From positions 66,531 through 130,530 of the forward strand of contig JAISAS010000004.1 of assembly GCA_031266535.1 (NCBI GenBank): a stretch of 64,000 nt of DNA, given 5' to 3'. Position 1 is the stretch's first letter, and the number at the start of each line of letters is the position of its first letter. A program made the position numbers and the translations under genes. Of the stretch, positions 45,100 to 56,005 are shown one piece after another. The notes under the pieces were generated by a model. It saw only the letters and a list, made by a program, of their open reading frames with translations, ran no database searches and had not been told where the DNA came from. This DNA is from Endomicrobium sp. (lineage in GTDB: Bacteria > Elusimicrobiota > Endomicrobiia > Endomicrobiales > Endomicrobiaceae).

Positions 45100-46188
45100 T
45101 TACCTCAATTTAAGTGATGCAAAAGAAAAAATTGCAAGAATAATGCCTATTATCCAAAATCTTATTGTAATTTTTGTTTCAGAAAAACCTAGCATCTCAA
45201 AGTGATGATGTAACGGTGCCATTTTGAATATTCTTTTGTTTGTTTTCTTATAATAATATATTTGAATAATAACAGAAAGCGCTTCAGCAATAAAAACTCC
45301 ACCCAAAATGATTAAAATAAGTTCTTGTTTTATAAATATCGAAACTATTCCTAGTATCCCTCCTAAAAACAAACTTCCTGTGTCTCCCATAAAAATCTCT
45401 GCCGGATGCGAATTATACCATAGAAATCCTAATCCTGCACCTACAATTGTAAATAAAAAAATTGATATTTCTCCGGATCCTGATACATTAATAATTTTTA
45501 GATAATTCGCTATTTGAAAATGTCCAGCAAAATATGCAAATAAAGCAAGAGTAAAAGCCACGATTACAATACTTCCTATTGCCAGTCCATCAAGTCCATC
45601 TGTTAAATTGACAGCATTGGAACTCCCAACAATAATTATAATTACAAATATTGTGTATAAAAAAGAAAAATCAATAAAAAAACTTTTTAAAAATGGAATA
45701 TTCACTAACGTAGAAAATTCAAGATTCGATGGAAAAAAATTTAAATATATTGCAATTACTATAGCAAAAATAATTTGTCCAAAAAATTTCCCCTTTACAG
45801 AAAGCCCTTTTGAATTTTCCTTTTTAAATTTTAAATAATCATCACAAAATCCTAAAAATCCAAGCCATACACTACTTATTAAAAGCCAAATAATAAATCT
45901 ATTATCAATCCTCGCCCATAAAAAAGTAGAAGTAATAACCGATAATATTATAATCAATCCACCCATAGTTGGAGTACCACTTTTACCTAAATGCGTCACA
46001 GGACCACTAGATCTTATAATTTGTTTAATTTTAAATTTTGATAATTTTTTTATAATATACGGCCCAAAAATAAAACAAAACAGAAGACTTGTTAAAATAG
46101 CTCCACCTGCTCTAAAAGTTATATATTGGAATACATTAAATGACGTAATTACACTACTTAAATAATGATAAAACACGTAATATAGCAT
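45100..46188 (-). CDS. mraY: Phospho-MurNAc-pentapeptide transferase
   Basis: GTPTMGG, DDY, NAVNLTDGLDGL, FMGDTGSL, APLHHHFE. Confidence 0.98.
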   Translation of the reverse strand: MLYYVFYHYLSSVITSFNVFQYITFRAGGAILTSLLFCFIFGPYIIKKLSKFKIKQIIRSSGPVTHLGKSGTPTMGGLIIILSVITSTFLWARIDNRFIIWLLISSVWLGFLGFCDDYLKFKKENSKGLSVKGKFFGQIIFAIVIAIYLNFFPSNLEFSTLVNIPFLKSFFIDFSFLYTIFVIIIIVGSSNAVNLTDGLDGLAIGSIVIVAFTLALFAYFAGHFQIANYLKIINVSGSGEISIFLFTIVGAGLGFLWYNSHPAEIFMGDTGSLFLGGILGIVSIFIKQELILIILGGVFIAEALSVIIQIYYYKKTNKRIFKMAPLHHHFEMLGFSETKITIRFWIIGIILAIFSFASLKLR

Positions 46189-46206
46189 TATATTATTTTT
46201 GCCTTT

Positions 46207-47601
46207 TTACTTTAAAATTTTATAAAATTTCGTGAAAAGCTCATCTAGTTTCATTGCTCTTGACGCTTTAAATAAAAATACAGAATTATGGCTAACTGTA
46301 ATTTGTCCAAGTTTTTTAAAAATTATATCTATGCTTTTTGAATAAAAAACATTTTTGCTACATAAAGCTTTTTTTGTATAAAAACTCATTTTTCCTACAA
46401 GGTAGATAAAGTTTATATTTTTATGATTAAGAAATTTACCAAGTTGAGAATGATAATATGCTGATTTATTTCCAAGTTCAAGCATATCACCAAACACAAG
46501 ATTAATTTTTTTTCCAATATAAGTCTGAAACAACATTATTATGGATTCTTTTATAGAAGATGGATTAGAATTATAAGCATCATTTATCAAAACAATCCCT
46601 GTTTTGGTTATATACGTTTCCATACGCATTTTAGGAAGCATAAAATTTTCTATACCATTTTTTATTTCTTGCAACGAAAATCCAAATCCAATAGCACACG
46701 AAGCAGCACCTAAAGCATTTAATACATTAAATGTACCTTTTGCATGCATTGAAATTTTAACAGATGAGTTTTTATAAAAAAGTTCAAAATCAGTTTTTTT
46801 TATATTTAATATCACATTTTTTGCATATACATCTGCAATAGTATTTAAGGCAAACGTAATAATTTTATGATTTTTTGACTTAATCATTATTGTACTCAAA
46901 AATTTATCATCATTATTTATGATTATAAATCCATTATTTTTCACATTATTAAATAATTTTTTTTTTTCTTGAAATACACCTTTTTTAGAAACAAAAGTTC
47001 TTAAATGGGAAAAACCTATATTTGTGATAATTCCTATATCTGGTTTTAAAATATCAGATAATATCCCAATCTCCCCTTGTAAAGACGTTCCCAATTCAAA
47101 AACAGCATATTTAATATCAGAAGTTAGACCAAACATTGAAAGAGGTAATCCTATCCTATTATTGAAGTTACCTTTACTCGCAAAACTTTCTCCTCTTTCA
47201 TTAAAAATAGAAATTATCATTTCTTTAGTCGTAGTTTTACCATTTGAACCAGTAACTCCAACTATTTTTACATTTTTAAATTTAATTCTATAAGCTTTTG
47301 CAAAAGACCCAAGAGCAACAATAGTATCTTCTACTAAAATAACAATACAAGAATTTATAAAATGTTTTATAAATTTAGATTTATCTTTCGAACATACTAC
47401 AGCAATTGCACCATTTTCAATAGCTTCTTTTATAAAGTTATGACCATCATAATAATTACCTCTTATTGCAAAATATACTTCTTCTTTTTGAATAATTCTT
47501 GAATCTATAGAAACACCTTTTGCCAGAATATCACTATTACTATTCCATCTTATAGCTTTCCCATTAACGCTATATATCAAATCTTTAAGATTAAATGTCA
47601 T
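46207..47601 (-). CDS. murF: UDP-MurNAc-tripeptide--D-Ala-D-Ala ligase
   Basis: IDSR, TGSNGKTTTKE, INDAYNSNP, GDMLELG, KASR. Confidence 0.95.
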   Translation of the reverse strand: MTFNLKDLIYSVNGKAIRWNSNSDILAKGVSIDSRIIQKEEVYFAIRGNYYDGHNFIKEAIENGAIAVVCSKDKSKFIKHFINSCIVILVEDTIVALGSFAKAYRIKFKNVKIVGVTGSNGKTTTKEMIISIFNERGESFASKGNFNNRIGLPLSMFGLTSDIKYAVFELGTSLQGEIGILSDILKPDIGIITNIGFSHLRTFVSKKGVFQEKKKLFNNVKNNGFIIINNDDKFLSTIMIKSKNHKIITFALNTIADVYAKNVILNIKKTDFELFYKNSSVKISMHAKGTFNVLNALGAASCAIGFGFSLQEIKNGIENFMLPKMRMETYITKTGIVLINDAYNSNPSSIKESIIMLFQTYIGKKINLVFGDMLELGNKSAYYHSQLGKFLNHKNINFIYLVGKMSFYTKKALCSKNVFYSKSIDIIFKKLGQITVSHNSVFLFKASRAMKLDELFTKFYKILK

Positions 47602-49154
47602 TTAAATGTAAATTCCTTTTGTCCAATTTGTTTTAATAAATTTTTCTGTTTTTCTTTTAGAGCAACATATTTTTTTGCTATTTCAATATCATTAAAATAA
47701 AATTTTTTCATACCTATGATCTGATAAGTTTCATGTCCTTTTCCAGAAATCAGAACAATATCATTTTGCTCAGCCATCATAACAGCTTCCTTTATTGCCA
47801 TCTCTCTGTCAACTACAACTTTATAATTTTTTTTACCAATCCTCTTTATACCTATTTCTATATCTAAGATTATATTATAAGGATCTTCTAATCTTGGATT
47901 GTCGGATGTTACAAAAACAAAATCACTCATTTCAACAGCAATTTTACCCATCAAAGGTCTTTTTGCTCTATCTCTATCTCCACCACAACCAAAAACTGTT
48001 ATAATTTTTTTAAATTTTATTTTTTGTAAAGCTTGTAAAACATTTTTTAAAGCATCATTAGTATGAGCATAATCTACTATTATTTCAAAATTTAAATTTT
48101 TTGTATCAATTTTTTCAAATCTACCAGGTACATACCCAAAATTATTTAAACCCTCTGAAGCTCTTTTCAAGGAAATTCCGCTAAAAATAACTGCACCTAA
48201 AGCTGCTAAAGCATTATAAACATTATGCACACCTATATGTTTCATACTAATTTTTGTTTTTTCATTATCAAATATAACATCAAAAGAATTATCTTTCATT
48301 GTAATCTTAATATTTTCTGCTTTCAAATCTGCTACATCATCTCGTACAGAATAAAATTTTACATTAACACATTGTCTTATTTTTGAAATTTTTTTTCCAT
48401 ATTTATCATCACCATTTGTTATAATATATTTTTCACCATTTTTTGCACCTGACCCCAATTTTTTAAACAACATAAATTTAGCTTTAAAGTAATTATTCAT
48501 ATTTTTATGAAAATCTAAATGGTCTCTAGTTAAATTTGTAAAAACTACCATATCAAAATCTACCCCATAAACTCTTCCTAAACTCAATGCATGCGAAGAC
48601 ACTTCCATTACAAGATATTTAATACCACTATCTACCATTTCTCTCATAATTTTAAAAATATCTAAGGATTGTGGAGTAGTATTTATTGCTTCAATAATTT
48701 TATCCTTATATCTATAATTAATGGTTCCTATTACTCCACATTCAATATTCAAGTTTTTCAATATACTTTCAATCATATAGGTAACTGTAGTTTTACCATT
48801 TGTACCAGTTATACCTATTACATATAATTCTCTATCAGGATAATTATAAAATTTATTACACATAAATGACATAAAATGGAAGATATTATTAACAACAATT
48901 TGAGCTTTAGCATTTGTGCTACATTGCGAATTTGTTACAACTACCGATGCTCCTTTTGATATTGCCTCATTAATATATTTTTTACCATTTGTATTATACC
49001 CTGGAAGAGCAAAAAAAACATAATCTTTATAAATATACCTTGAATCATAAGATATTCCTGCAATTTCAGTATCCATATCTCCTATAGTGATTATTATATT
49101 TTTATTTGACAAAAATTCTTTTAATTTCACTATTTTTTCCTTTATATTAATCAA
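47598..49154 (-). CDS. murE: UDP-MurNAc-dipeptide--meso-DAP ligase
   Basis: TGTNGKTT, MEVSSHAL, DYAHT, GCGGDRD, DNPR (DAP specificity), GKGHE. Confidence 0.96.
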   Translation of the reverse strand: MINIKEKIVKLKEFLSNKNIIITIGDMDTEIAGISYDSRYIYKDYVFFALPGYNTNGKKYINEAISKGASVVVTNSQCSTNAKAQIVVNNIFHFMSFMCNKFYNYPDRELYVIGITGTNGKTTVTYMIESILKNLNIECGVIGTINYRYKDKIIEAINTTPQSLDIFKIMREMVDSGIKYLVMEVSSHALSLGRVYGVDFDMVVFTNLTRDHLDFHKNMNNYFKAKFMLFKKLGSGAKNGEKYIITNGDDKYGKKISKIRQCVNVKFYSVRDDVADLKAENIKITMKDNSFDVIFDNEKTKISMKHIGVHNVYNALAALGAVIFSGISLKRASEGLNNFGYVPGRFEKIDTKNLNFEIIVDYAHTNDALKNVLQALQKIKFKKIITVFGCGGDRDRAKRPLMGKIAVEMSDFVFVTSDNPRLEDPYNIILDIEIGIKRIGKKNYKVVVDREMAIKEAVMMAEQNDIVLISGKGHETYQIIGMKKFYFNDIEIAKKYVALKEKQKNLLKQIGQKEFTFK

Positions 49155-49242
49155 AAAAATTTAGTTAAAAACTTTTAAAAGTAAAACAACAAATAACTGT
49201 AAAGTAAAAGCACAGTTCTACGCATATGTATTAAATTTATTA

Positions 49243-50943
49243 TTATTCTATATCGTCTTCTTTAATATTTAAATATCGTACAGTTTTTTTCGCTATATTT
49301 GCAAAAACAGGTGATGCTACTGAATATGCGTAATAATTACTATATGGTTCATCAATAATAATAAGTATAACAACTTCAGGACACATTGCAGGTATCATTC
49401 CACAAAATGAGGCCACATAATGTTTTACAGAATAATTTTTTGTTGATGGATCAACTTTTTGAGCAGTTCCAGTTTTTCCCCCTACCGTATAATTAGCAAT
49501 TTTTGCACTTTTCCCAGTACCAAAATCTACAGTATCTTTTAAAAGTTTTCTTATCATTTGAGCAGTCTTCACAGAAACGACTCTTCTTACTTCTATTGGG
49601 TTAAGAACATTTTTGCTACTTTTTTCAGAAGTTTTAGTATTGCCTATACTATATATTAAAAAAGGCTTCATTAATATCCCGTTGTTTGCAATGGCAGAAA
49701 AAGCACTTATCACCTGAAGTGCAGTGACTCCTATTCCCTGTCCAAAAGAAATAGTAGGTAAAGATAACAAATTCCATTTATCAACATCCATTAAAATGCC
49801 TTTAGCTTCACCAGGTAAATCAATACCTGTTAGAGAATAAAATCCAAATTTTCTTATATATTCGTAAAAATTTTCACTACCTAATTTTTTCGTAATTTTT
49901 ATAATTCCTATGTTTGAAGATCGTTCTATAATTTTTTTTAAAGACGCATAACCCTCAATTTTATGATCATCTTTTATTATATGTCCTGCAATTTTATACC
50001 TACCATTTTCTAAATAAAAATTTTCCGTAAGTTTTACTTTATTTTGTTCTAATGCTGCAGCAATTGCAACAATCTTGAATGTTGATCCTGGTTCATAAAT
50101 ATCACTTATTGCAGAATTCCTTAAAACTTTTATATCTTTTATTTTATCAGAAGGATCAAAATCTGGTAAAGAAACCATGGCAAGCACAGCTCCTGTTTTA
50201 GGATTCTGAATTATACATACTGCCCTTTTTGCTTTATATTTGTAAAAAGCTTTTCTTAACTCCTTTTCAGCTATAAATTGTATATTCCTATCTATATTTA
50301 ATTTTACATTTTGTCCACATATTTTTGTTTTATCTATAAACCTGTCATATATTATATGTCCACGTCCATCTCTTCGTGTTTTTATCATAACAGAATACCC
50401 AGACAAACATTCATTACAAGTTTTTTCGATACCTTCAATTCCATTACCATCAGAATCTGTTATTCCAAGAACATGTGCAAGAAATCTTCCCTCAGGATAA
50501 AATCTTTTATATTTACTTTCAAATCCAATTCCTTTTAATCGTCTACTTTTTACTCCATCAACAATACAAGCATCAACATTAAAAGCTATTGGATAATAAG
50601 ATGTTTTTTCTAGCTCATTTAAACTCCTTTCTTTAATTTTTATCCCATTATTAAGTAAAACATTTTTTACTTCATTAAAATCATCTATTAATTTTGAATC
50701 AAGAAATATAGTATATTTTTTTATACTTGAAGCAAGAATTTTTCCATTAAAATCCAAAATATCGCCACGTTTAGGTACCGCAATATTATTTCGTATTATC
50801 ATTTTTTTTACTATATTATTTATTCTACTATGCAAAAAAATTTGCACATATATAAGTTTTAAAAACAAGAAAAAAAACAACAATATCACTGTTACTATTA
50901 ATACGAGCTTTCTACTAATATTTTCTACACTTTTTCTTGTCAC
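49243..50943 (-). CDS. ftsI: Class B penicillin-binding protein (FtsI/PBP3)
   Basis: RGDILD, R-YP-G, GIEGIE, EPGSTFK (SxxK), SSN, KTGTAQK. Confidence 0.94.
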   Translation of the reverse strand: MTRKSVENISRKLVLIVTVILLFFFLFLKLIYVQIFLHSRINNIVKKMIIRNNIAVPKRGDILDFNGKILASSIKKYTIFLDSKLIDDFNEVKNVLLNNGIKIKERSLNELEKTSYYPIAFNVDACIVDGVKSRRLKGIGFESKYKRFYPEGRFLAHVLGITDSDGNGIEGIEKTCNECLSGYSVMIKTRRDGRGHIIYDRFIDKTKICGQNVKLNIDRNIQFIAEKELRKAFYKYKAKRAVCIIQNPKTGAVLAMVSLPDFDPSDKIKDIKVLRNSAISDIYEPGSTFKIVAIAAALEQNKVKLTENFYLENGRYKIAGHIIKDDHKIEGYASLKKIIERSSNIGIIKITKKLGSENFYEYIRKFGFYSLTGIDLPGEAKGILMDVDKWNLLSLPTISFGQGIGVTALQVISAFSAIANNGILMKPFLIYSIGNTKTSEKSSKNVLNPIEVRRVVSVKTAQMIRKLLKDTVDFGTGKSAKIANYTVGGKTGTAQKVDPSTKNYSVKHYVASFCGMIPAMCPEVVILIIIDEPYSNYYAYSVASPVFANIAKKTVRYLNIKEDDIE

Positions 50944-50957
50944 ATTTTATATCCTAC

Positions 50958-51209
50958 TTAATCAATATAAATTATCGAATTTTCATTTGGTTTAGAAAAA
51001 TTTTTTTCTTTTGCAATTTTATCCATTTTTTCAAGAGCAAGTATTGAATTAATTTTTAATCTTAAAGAATCATTTTCTGAATTTATTTTGTCGTATTCTA
51101 ATTCTAAATTACTAACTTTATAGGCTAGTCTTATAGCAGTATTTTGTTGCCACATATAAATAAATATACCTAAAACTATCAACACAATAACTACGTATGA
51201 TTTATACAT
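50958..51209 (-). CDS. ftsL: Cell division protein FtsL-like
   Basis: Single TM plus coiled coil, lying between rsmH and ftsI. Confidence 0.75.
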   Translation of the reverse strand: MYKSYVVIVLIVLGIFIYMWQQNTAIRLAYKVSNLELEYDKINSENDSLRLKINSILALEKMDKIAKEKNFSKPNENSIIYID

Positions 51210-52077
51210 TTATTCTCTCTGCTACTCTCACTTTTGCACTTCTACTTCTAGGATTTATTGCTATTTCTTTTTGTGACGCTCTAATAATTTTTTTTGTAAT
51301 TATGTTATATACTCCACAACAAGAATTCTGTCTAAAATTCTGTTTTACAATTCTATCTTCCAAAGAATGAAACGCCATTACCACTATTCTACCATTATTA
51401 TTTAATAATTTTTGAGCATCAGATAATAAAATTTTAAGATTTTCAAGTTCTTTATTTGTAAAAATTCTTAAAGCCTGAAAAACTTTTGTAGCTGGATTTA
51501 TTTTTTTTCTTATTTTTTTTACTGAACAGACTATGGCCTTTAGTTCTAAAGCTGTATTTATTATTTTCTTTTTTCTATATAAAAGAATTGCCCTCGCAAT
51601 ATACTTAGATCTGTACTCCTCTCCATAATGATAAAAAATATCAACTAAATCTTCATATGAATATGAATTAACAATTTCTTTTGCTGTCAAATAATTTCTA
51701 TTGTCCATTCTCATATCAAGAATATGCGAGTTAAAAGAAAATCCTCTATTTAAATCATCAAGTTGTTTTGATGAAACTCCTAAATCAGCTAAAATACCAT
51801 CAACTTTATTTATATTCATTATGGACAAATTTTTTTTAATATTTTTAAAATTGTCCCTTATAAAAACAACTCTTCCCTTAAACTCATTTTTATTTTTAAA
51901 AAATTCATTTAAAGAAGCTTCATCCCAATCAAAAGCAATAATTTTAATATTTCTAAAATTATTTAATAAGTATAAAGTATGTCCTCCTCCTCCAAATGTA
52001 CAATCAACGTATAAACCGTCAGGATTTTTTATTAAATACTGAGATATTTCAGAAGACATTATAGGAATATGATACAT
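51202..52077 (-). CDS. rsmH: 16S rRNA m4C1402 methyltransferase
   Basis: HIP, DCTFGGGGH, DLGVSS, LDMRM, FQALRI, FHSLEDR, NPRSRSAK. Confidence 0.97.
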   Translation of the reverse strand: MYHIPIMSSEISQYLIKNPDGLYVDCTFGGGGHTLYLLNNFRNIKIIAFDWDEASLNEFFKNKNEFKGRVVFIRDNFKNIKKNLSIMNINKVDGILADLGVSSKQLDDLNRGFSFNSHILDMRMDNRNYLTAKEIVNSYSYEDLVDIFYHYGEEYRSKYIARAILLYRKKKIINTALELKAIVCSVKKIRKKINPATKVFQALRIFTNKELENLKILLSDAQKLLNNNGRIVVMAFHSLEDRIVKQNFRQNSCCGVYNIITKKIIRASQKEIAINPRSRSAKVRVAERINV

Positions 52078-52260
52078 AACAAGCTCTGTATATACAAAAT
52101 ATTTTTTTTGGTAAAATAAAAACGATAAAGTTATTTGTTTATAATAAATAATACTATGTTTATAAATTTACCGTATGTAAAACCCTAATTAACTAAAAAA
52201 ATAAACAACGAAACACGTAAATGTATGTTTATCAAAAGAAACATAATTTTTTTATTTCAG

Positions 52261-52637
52261 AGACGAGCTATACTCCGAATTCTGTCTTTTAAATTAAAAA
52301 AATCTAAAAGTGCAATCATTTCTCTGTCGTTAAAATTTCTTTTATCGATCAAGCGATCAAATACTTCAATCTTGCTTTCCAGTAAGGCTTTAGCCGTTTC
52401 ACTTTTTGCATTGCTGCAAAAACTCATCCTTCTTAAAAAATATTTCTAGTATTCCTTGACAAAAATACTTTTTAATAAAGGACACTTTTTTCCGTTTCCA
52501 GATAAAAGCGTCTCTGTTCGCACCTCTACCCTCGCGAGCGACAGGAATTACCTGCTACCGTTTTCCTGTTGTTATAAAACAGTTAAAGTTCGGATTTTCC
52601 TCTTTACAATAAATGTAAAGCGATTGCACACTCGTCT
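52261..52637 (-). ncRNA. rnpB: RNase P RNA (divergent)
   Basis: P1 GACGAG/CTCGTC, P2 GTGCAATC/GATTGCAC, GAGGAAAATCCGAAC (CR-I), ACAGAGA and TGAAAC (CR-II/III), GCAAG, AGAGAAAT, ACAGAATTCGG (CR-V). Confidence 0.9.
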
Positions 52638-52645
52638 TTATCTAT

Positions 52646-53356
52646 CTATCTTTTGAATAATATTCTAGAACAATTATCGCAAAATACAAGCTCTTGAAAT
52701 TTCTGCACCATATTTATTAACTGTGGCCTCAAAACTGTATCACAAACTTCACAACTTATTCCATCTATAAAACTGACCCATTTCCCACTACAACTATTAC
52801 GCAATCTCTCATAATTCACCAATACTGTTTCATTAATTTTTAATTTATGAATTTCTCTTGTCTCAGATACTTTGATAATTTCTTCTTCCAAATCTTTTGA
52901 ATAATATTCTAAATCACTTATTTCATTTTTTATCTTTTGTTCAAATTTTTTAAATTCTATATCAGCAAATTTAATAACAGTAAGCTCTTTATCAATTTTA
53001 TCCATTAAATACAAAATTTCATCCTCTATAACATTCTTATCTGTTTTTGCTTTTTCTATTTCTAAAAGTAATGTTTTGTAAATATTATTTGATTTTATAG
53101 TATTTAATTCTTTAGAACGTTTTCTGATTATTTCATTTTTTACATCAAGAAGAACTTCTTTTTCTTTTTTTAAGCTGCTCAATTCAACAAAATCTCGTTT
53201 TCGCACATTCATTTCATTTTTCTTATTCTCTAATATTTTTGTTTTTTCATTAATCATACATGGCGTTTTAGTTATTTTTTTTTTCATTTCATCTATTTTT
53301 AAGTCATAATCCTGTAATTCACATAATAATTCCAATTCATACTTCAAATTTAACAT
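52646..53356 (-). CDS. Coiled-coil protein with C4-type zinc ribbon (DUF164 family)
   Basis: LQDYD N-terminus, long coiled coil, YERLR, CxxC...CDNCSRIL. Confidence 0.85.
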   Translation of the reverse strand: MLNLKYELELLCELQDYDLKIDEMKKKITKTPCMINEKTKILENKKNEMNVRKRDFVELSSLKKEKEVLLDVKNEIIRKRSKELNTIKSNNIYKTLLLEIEKAKTDKNVIEDEILYLMDKIDKELTVIKFADIEFKKFEQKIKNEISDLEYYSKDLEEEIIKVSETREIHKLKINETVLVNYERLRNSCSGKWVSFIDGISCEVCDTVLRPQLINMVQKFQELVFCDNCSRILFKR

Positions 53357-53398
53357 TCACACTCCTTATTAGTTTAAAACAAATCAAACATATACAAA

Positions 53399-53470
53399 TG
53401 GGTAGTGCAGGATTTGAACCTGCGATCACTCGCATGTGGAGCGAGTACTCTTCCGCTGAGCTAACTACCC
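53399..53470 (-). tRNA. tRNA-Val(CAC)
   Basis: GGGTAGT...ACTACCC-A; anticodon arm CTCGC-TCCACAT-GCGAG; no encoded CCA. Confidence 0.88.
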
Positions 53471-53481
53471 AAACAAACACT

Positions 53482-53555
53482 TGGGCCTGGTAGGACTTGA
53501 ACCTACGACCATTCGATTATGAGTCGAGGGCTCTAACCAACTGAGCTACAGGCCC
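53482..53555 (-). tRNA. tRNA with CAT anticodon, probably tRNA-Ile2
   Basis: GGGCCTG...CAGGCCC-A with CTCATAA loop; resembles Ile2 tRNAs and lacks initiator features (no C1:A72 mismatch, no 3 G-C anticodon pairs). Confidence 0.85.
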
Positions 53556-53585
53556 AACATATAATATAGCTAAACTTCAGCGAAA

Positions 53586-53614
53586 ATTATATCCCAAAAA
53601 AGACCTTAAGTCAA
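53586..53614 (-). promoter_or_regulatory. sigma70 promoter of the tRNA-Ile2/tRNA-Val/zinc ribbon/rnpB unit
   Basis: Minus strand TTGACT-17 bp-TATAAT, about 30 bp upstream of the tRNA. Confidence 0.7.
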
Positions 53615-54278
53615 ATATAGTAAATTAACAAATTACATTTGAATAAATAAATGTATAAACATTTTTATGAATTAACAAACTTAAAGTGCACAAAACTTAT
53701 ACGTATCTAATTCATCAATACACATTTACAAATAAATTACACGTGTCTACAAATTTTTAACCAATTCTATTTATTTATGTACAATTTATACCCTGAAACT
53801 TTTAAAATACCACACTCTTTAAAATCTGATTTTGGCATAAGTTTAGTATAACTAAAAGAAAACAAAGCAAAAATAACGCTACACCTAAATACTTTACTAT
53901 CACAATATTTAACTCAGAAAATTTTTCAGCTTATCTGAAAATGCTTATTAAATTACATTTATTTAGAAATATCTAGAACATCTGACAAGAGTAACACACA
54001 TGTCACTACCATACAGTTCAGCAAAAATAGAAACCCTCCATACACCAAACTTAAAAACTGGTTTCATTAATTTTGATTAATCTACGATACGAAAAAATTA
54101 TACTCACACTAAGCTCTGTACTGTAGAGCCCCCACAAATCTGCATTTTTTTCCTACCTATCATTATTATCTTTATCTTATATCATAATAATTTACATGTT
54201 ACATATTAAATTAACATACTTGTATAAAAATAATTAACACAACAATTTTTAATATTTAGAAAAATATTAATCTTAAAT

Positions 54279-56003
54279 TTAATCTAAATATTCACGTAAA
54301 GATTTACTTCTACTAGGATGTTTTAGTTTTCTTATAGCTTTAGCTTCAATTTGTCTTACCCTTTCTCTAGTTACTCCAAATCTTTTCCCAACTTCTTCAA
54401 GTGTACTGGGATATCCAACACCTATACCATATCTTAAACTTATAATTTCAGCTTCACGTTGAGTTAACGTATTTAATACTTTCTCAATCTCAAGTTGCAA
54501 TCTATATTGCTGTGTTTTAACCACTGGACTAGGACTATTTTGATCTTCTATAAAATCTTCAAGACATGAATCTTCCTCCTCTCCAACAGGAGTAGCAAGC
54601 GATACAGGTTCTTGCATCATTTTTAATATTCTTCTTACTCTATCAACTGAAAGCTTTAACGCTTTAGAATATTCCATCGTATTTGGTTCTCTACCTACAT
54701 CTTGTTGATATTTTTTTTTAACTTTTGTAAGTTTTGATATAAGTTCTTTCATATGAACTGGAATTCTTATAGTTCTAGCTTGATCAGCTATAGCACGATT
54801 AATAGACTGTCTTATCCACCACGTAGCATAAGTTGAAAATTTAAATCCTCTTTTCCACTCAAATTTTTCTACAGCTTTTGAAAGTCCAAGATTACCTTCT
54901 TGTATTAAATCTGATAACTCCAAATTACTCATTCCAACGTGTTTTTTTGCAATTGAAACAACAAGTCTAAAATTTGCTTCAATAAGTTTAATTTTATCTC
55001 TGTGTATTATCTCTTCAAGCGCTCTTATTTTTCTATCAGTTTCAATCAACTTATCCGGGGTTATAACAAAACTTTCTCGTAGATTAGATTCTTTTGTTAA
55101 AAGAACTTTAATTCTGTCTATATCATCATACGCATCTTGTACACAAACACCAGTATATTCTTTAAAATTATTTGCAGAAATTTTACCAGAATTATAATTT
55201 TTAAATAAAATCTGAACTTTTTTAAGTGAATTTTTATATTTATGTTCAAATTTTTCAAAACCATCGTTTATTTCATTTAATTTCTGTGCAATTGTTTTAA
55301 TTTTATTAATAAGTCTCTTTATTTTATCCTGATTCAAATCAAGATCTGTAACAAGATTTATAATTTTAGTATGTAATTCTTTTATTTTCAACTGATACTT
55401 TTCTTTATTTCTATTAGATGTAGATTTAAAACTAATTCTTTTTTTTAAGATATTAATAATGTTTTCAATAGTATTTATTCTTTTTACTACTGTTTTTATT
55501 TTAATCCCCATTCCTTTCAATTGTGCTTGAGATTTTTTTCCTCTAGGCATAAGTTCCTTAGCTGTCATTTCCTGTTGACTTATAAGAGTTTCCCAATTTC
55601 TTATTTCTTTTATAATAAATGGAGATTCTAAAACTATAAATTTCAATTTTTTTTCATTTTCTCTTATATTTTTTGCAAGTTCAACTTCTACAGACCTTTC
55701 AAGCAAAGGAACTTTTGACATTTCATTCAAATACATCCTTACAGGATTTATATCTTCTTCTTCATTTTGAATTTTTACAGATTGTTCTATTGCTTCAACA
55801 TTATCTCTTTGAATTTTCTTTTTAGAATGTTTTTTATCATCTATAACTTTAATCTCTAAATCTTCTAAAATTGTAAAAAAATTATCAATTTTTTCAACAG
55901 CCACAAATTTTTGTAAAAAACCATCACTAATATCTTTATATGTTAAGTAACCTTGTTTCTTACCCATATCGATCAATCTTTGGAATGAATTTTTTCTTAT
56001 CAC
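54279..56003 (-). CDS. rpoD: RNA polymerase primary sigma factor
   Basis: Region 1.1, [44 protein letters not shown]. Confidence 0.98.
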   Translation of the reverse strand: MIRKNSFQRLIDMGKKQGYLTYKDISDGFLQKFVAVEKIDNFFTILEDLEIKVIDDKKHSKKKIQRDNVEAIEQSVKIQNEEEDINPVRMYLNEMSKVPLLERSVEVELAKNIRENEKKLKFIVLESPFIIKEIRNWETLISQQEMTAKELMPRGKKSQAQLKGMGIKIKTVVKRINTIENIINILKKRISFKSTSNRNKEKYQLKIKELHTKIINLVTDLDLNQDKIKRLINKIKTIAQKLNEINDGFEKFEHKYKNSLKKVQILFKNYNSGKISANNFKEYTGVCVQDAYDDIDRIKVLLTKESNLRESFVITPDKLIETDRKIRALEEIIHRDKIKLIEANFRLVVSIAKKHVGMSNLELSDLIQEGNLGLSKAVEKFEWKRGFKFSTYATWWIRQSINRAIADQARTIRIPVHMKELISKLTKVKKKYQQDVGREPNTMEYSKALKLSVDRVRRILKMMQEPVSLATPVGEEEDSCLEDFIEDQNSPSPVVKTQQYRLQLEIEKVLNTLTQREAEIISLRYGIGVGYPSTLEEVGKRFGVTRERVRQIEAKAIRKLKHPSRSKSLREYLD

Positions 56004-56005
56004 TT

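Noticed and set aside
52225-52656. Plus-strand ORFs of 74 aa and 66 aa
   Set aside because: Antisense shadows of rnpB with no protein motifs
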